Shown here one piece after another: positions 61,450-62,713 of a stretch of DNA of 62,713 bases. This DNA is from a virus (taxonomy: Duplodnaviria > Caudoviricetes). The number at the start of each line of letters is the position of its first letter. Positions within the stretch are counted from its first letter, which is position 1. Where the stretch lies: positions 1-62,713 of IMG/VR virus record IMGVR_UViG_3300044769_000040; one strand, given 5' to 3'. Position numbers and translations under genes: made by a program. The notes under the pieces were generated by a model. It was not told the DNA's origin and searched no databases. It saw only the letters and a list, made by a program, of their open reading frames with translations.

Positions 61450-62713
61450 CTAGGTCTTGATGATGAAGTGCACTCGAAGGTGCCCGTGCTGCTTGTGCCC
61501 ACTCGGTGCCCCAGATTCGTCGATGGTAATAGGACTGCCTCCGGTATCCGTAGGTCCAGCATCCCACGATGTACCATCGAACCTCGAGCCACCTGTAAGC
61601 GAGTCCTGGTAGATAGATGCAAAGTCTGCGTGTTCGACAAAGGTGTCCTCGTGGTTGACATGAGCTGTCTGTCCGAACCCTCCAGTGAACGGTGATCCAG
61701 GGCTCCTACGTGAACCCTGAGTAATGCCATGCGAGTGATCACCTCCATTGTTAGTGAAGCCGTTGACAAAGTGATTATGGCCAGGGCCAGCAGCATTGTT
61801 GGCTCCTGTGGCTCGTGTGACGGTATCGCTAGCCGGGTTGGTATTTACGCTGAAAAAGTGATCATGAGGCGTCGCGTTGCCTTCACTGCCTCCACCACCG
61901 TCGTCAGAATGGTCTTTGCGCCTTCTCTTGTGATGGTGCTTGTGTCTATGACCCTGATGCGAACCATGACCATCCTGACGCTCACCTTCGACCTGGTTCT
62001 CGTTCTCCCCAAGGCTCTGACCAGCCCCTACTCCTCGGGGGTGCCGACGTCTAAAGTCTGGGACGGCGAAGTTCACTCCGCTCCCACCGTACGTATAACC
62101 AATCTCAGCGAACAGAGCAGGATACAATGACGTTGCATAGAGTGTTCCATTAGCTCGAAGCCATCCTGTAGGAGTGTTCGGGCCGGCGTGCTTCTTGATC
62201 GTGCCTGGAGTATCCGCATCGAACTCATCGCCCTCAACACCATTCAGAAGCTGACCAGAAGCACTTGGCTGCCACGGGCCCCTGTCGCCCTCACCATCCA
62301 CAGTCCTGAGGCGAATGAAATGGTTCACATCCCAGTCAGTCCTCGGAACCAGGTATCTGTAGACTCCATGACCGGCAGACTTCATATGCTTCTCGGTGAT
62401 GGTGCTGAACGCGCTGCTCTTGGCGATCTGAAGCTCGATCTTCTTGATGTCATTATTGATGTCGGTAGCATCCTCAGGTGCCTCCCAGACAACACCACGA
62501 CGCTTCTTGAGGTCGATATACCTCATGATGGTCACTTGCGGAGGAGTGTCTGAGGCGATGCTCACGCCAGATGTTGAAGGGAACCAAGTAGTCCAGTCTC
62601 CCCTTCGGTTCCAGCGGTCGACTGATCTCATCTTGACACGGTACTTATGACGACGGTGGACACGGCGGAATGTGAACTTACCGGTAGTCGGCCCGTCGTC
62701 TTCATCGTTGTCT
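61450..62713 (-). CDS. Tail fibre protein, 3' part, with tail-collar domain
   Basis: PTGWLRANG...YPALFAEIGYTYGG...FAVPDFR collar; HxH repeats; ends FIIKT. Confidence 0.85.
   Translation of the reverse strand, partial: DNDEDDGPTTGKFTFRRVHRRHKYRVKMRSVDRWNRRGDWTTWFPSTSGVSIASDTPPQVTIMRYIDLKKRRGVVWEAPEDATDINNDIKKIELQIAKSSAFSTITEKHMKSAGHGVYRYLVPRTDWDVNHFIRLRTVDGEGDRGPWQPSASGQLLNGVEGDEFDADTPGTIKKHAGPNTPTGWLRANGTLYATSLYPALFAEIGYTYGGSGVNFAVPDFRRRHPRGVGAGQSLGENENQVEGERQDGHGSHQGHRHKHHHKRRRKDHSDDGGGGSEGNATPHDHFFSVNTNPASDTVTRATGANNAAGPGHNHFVNGFTNNGGDHSHGITQGSRRSPGSPFTGGFGQTAHVNHEDTFVEHADFASIYQDSLTGGSRFDGTSWDAGPTDTGGSPITIDESGAPSGHKQHGHLRVHFIIKT
62569..62713. repeat. Terminal direct repeat, copy 2
   Basis: Matches nt 1-145 with 3 mismatches in the last 19 nt. 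Confidence 0.95.

Overview
The window looks like a complete circular genome (~62,568 bp; nt 1-145 recur at 62569-62713) of a tailed, siphovirus-like phage. A WhiB gene and actinobacterial-style secreted proteins suggest an Actinomycetota host. The minus-strand arm (26468 back to 1, continuing 62568 to 59906) holds the virion genes: terminases, Mu-like portal and protease, capsid, tail tube, frameshifted chaperone, tape measure, tail-tip proteins, a tail fibre crossing the assembly join, and a holin. A ~6.7 kb accessory structural block is inserted between portal and protease. The plus-strand arm holds many small early genes behind sigma-A-like promoters, then SNF2 helicase, Cas4-like exonuclease/Sak4-like ATPase/SSB, primase-helicase, WhiB, a 7-deazaguanine cluster (queC, queD, queE, folE and a divergent TGT/DpdA-like gene) abutting a UDG4-fused family A polymerase, HNH nucleases, an NTP pyrophosphohydrolase, a resolvase and cell-wall hydrolases. 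No integrase, tRNA, CRISPR array or reverse transcriptase was seen. The most unusual signals are: (1) three intergenic RNA elements sharing a covarying closing helix (stem-GAACGUC..GCACA / UGUGC..GGCCUUG-stem) around different structured inserts, plus a ~450 nt multi-helix non-coding region; (2) five paralogous MerR/Xis-like HTH domains alongside promoters with a shared spacer motif; (3) a DNA-modification cluster coupled to a polymerase with non-canonical active-site residues. All calls come from reading motifs by eye; no searches or folding programs were run.
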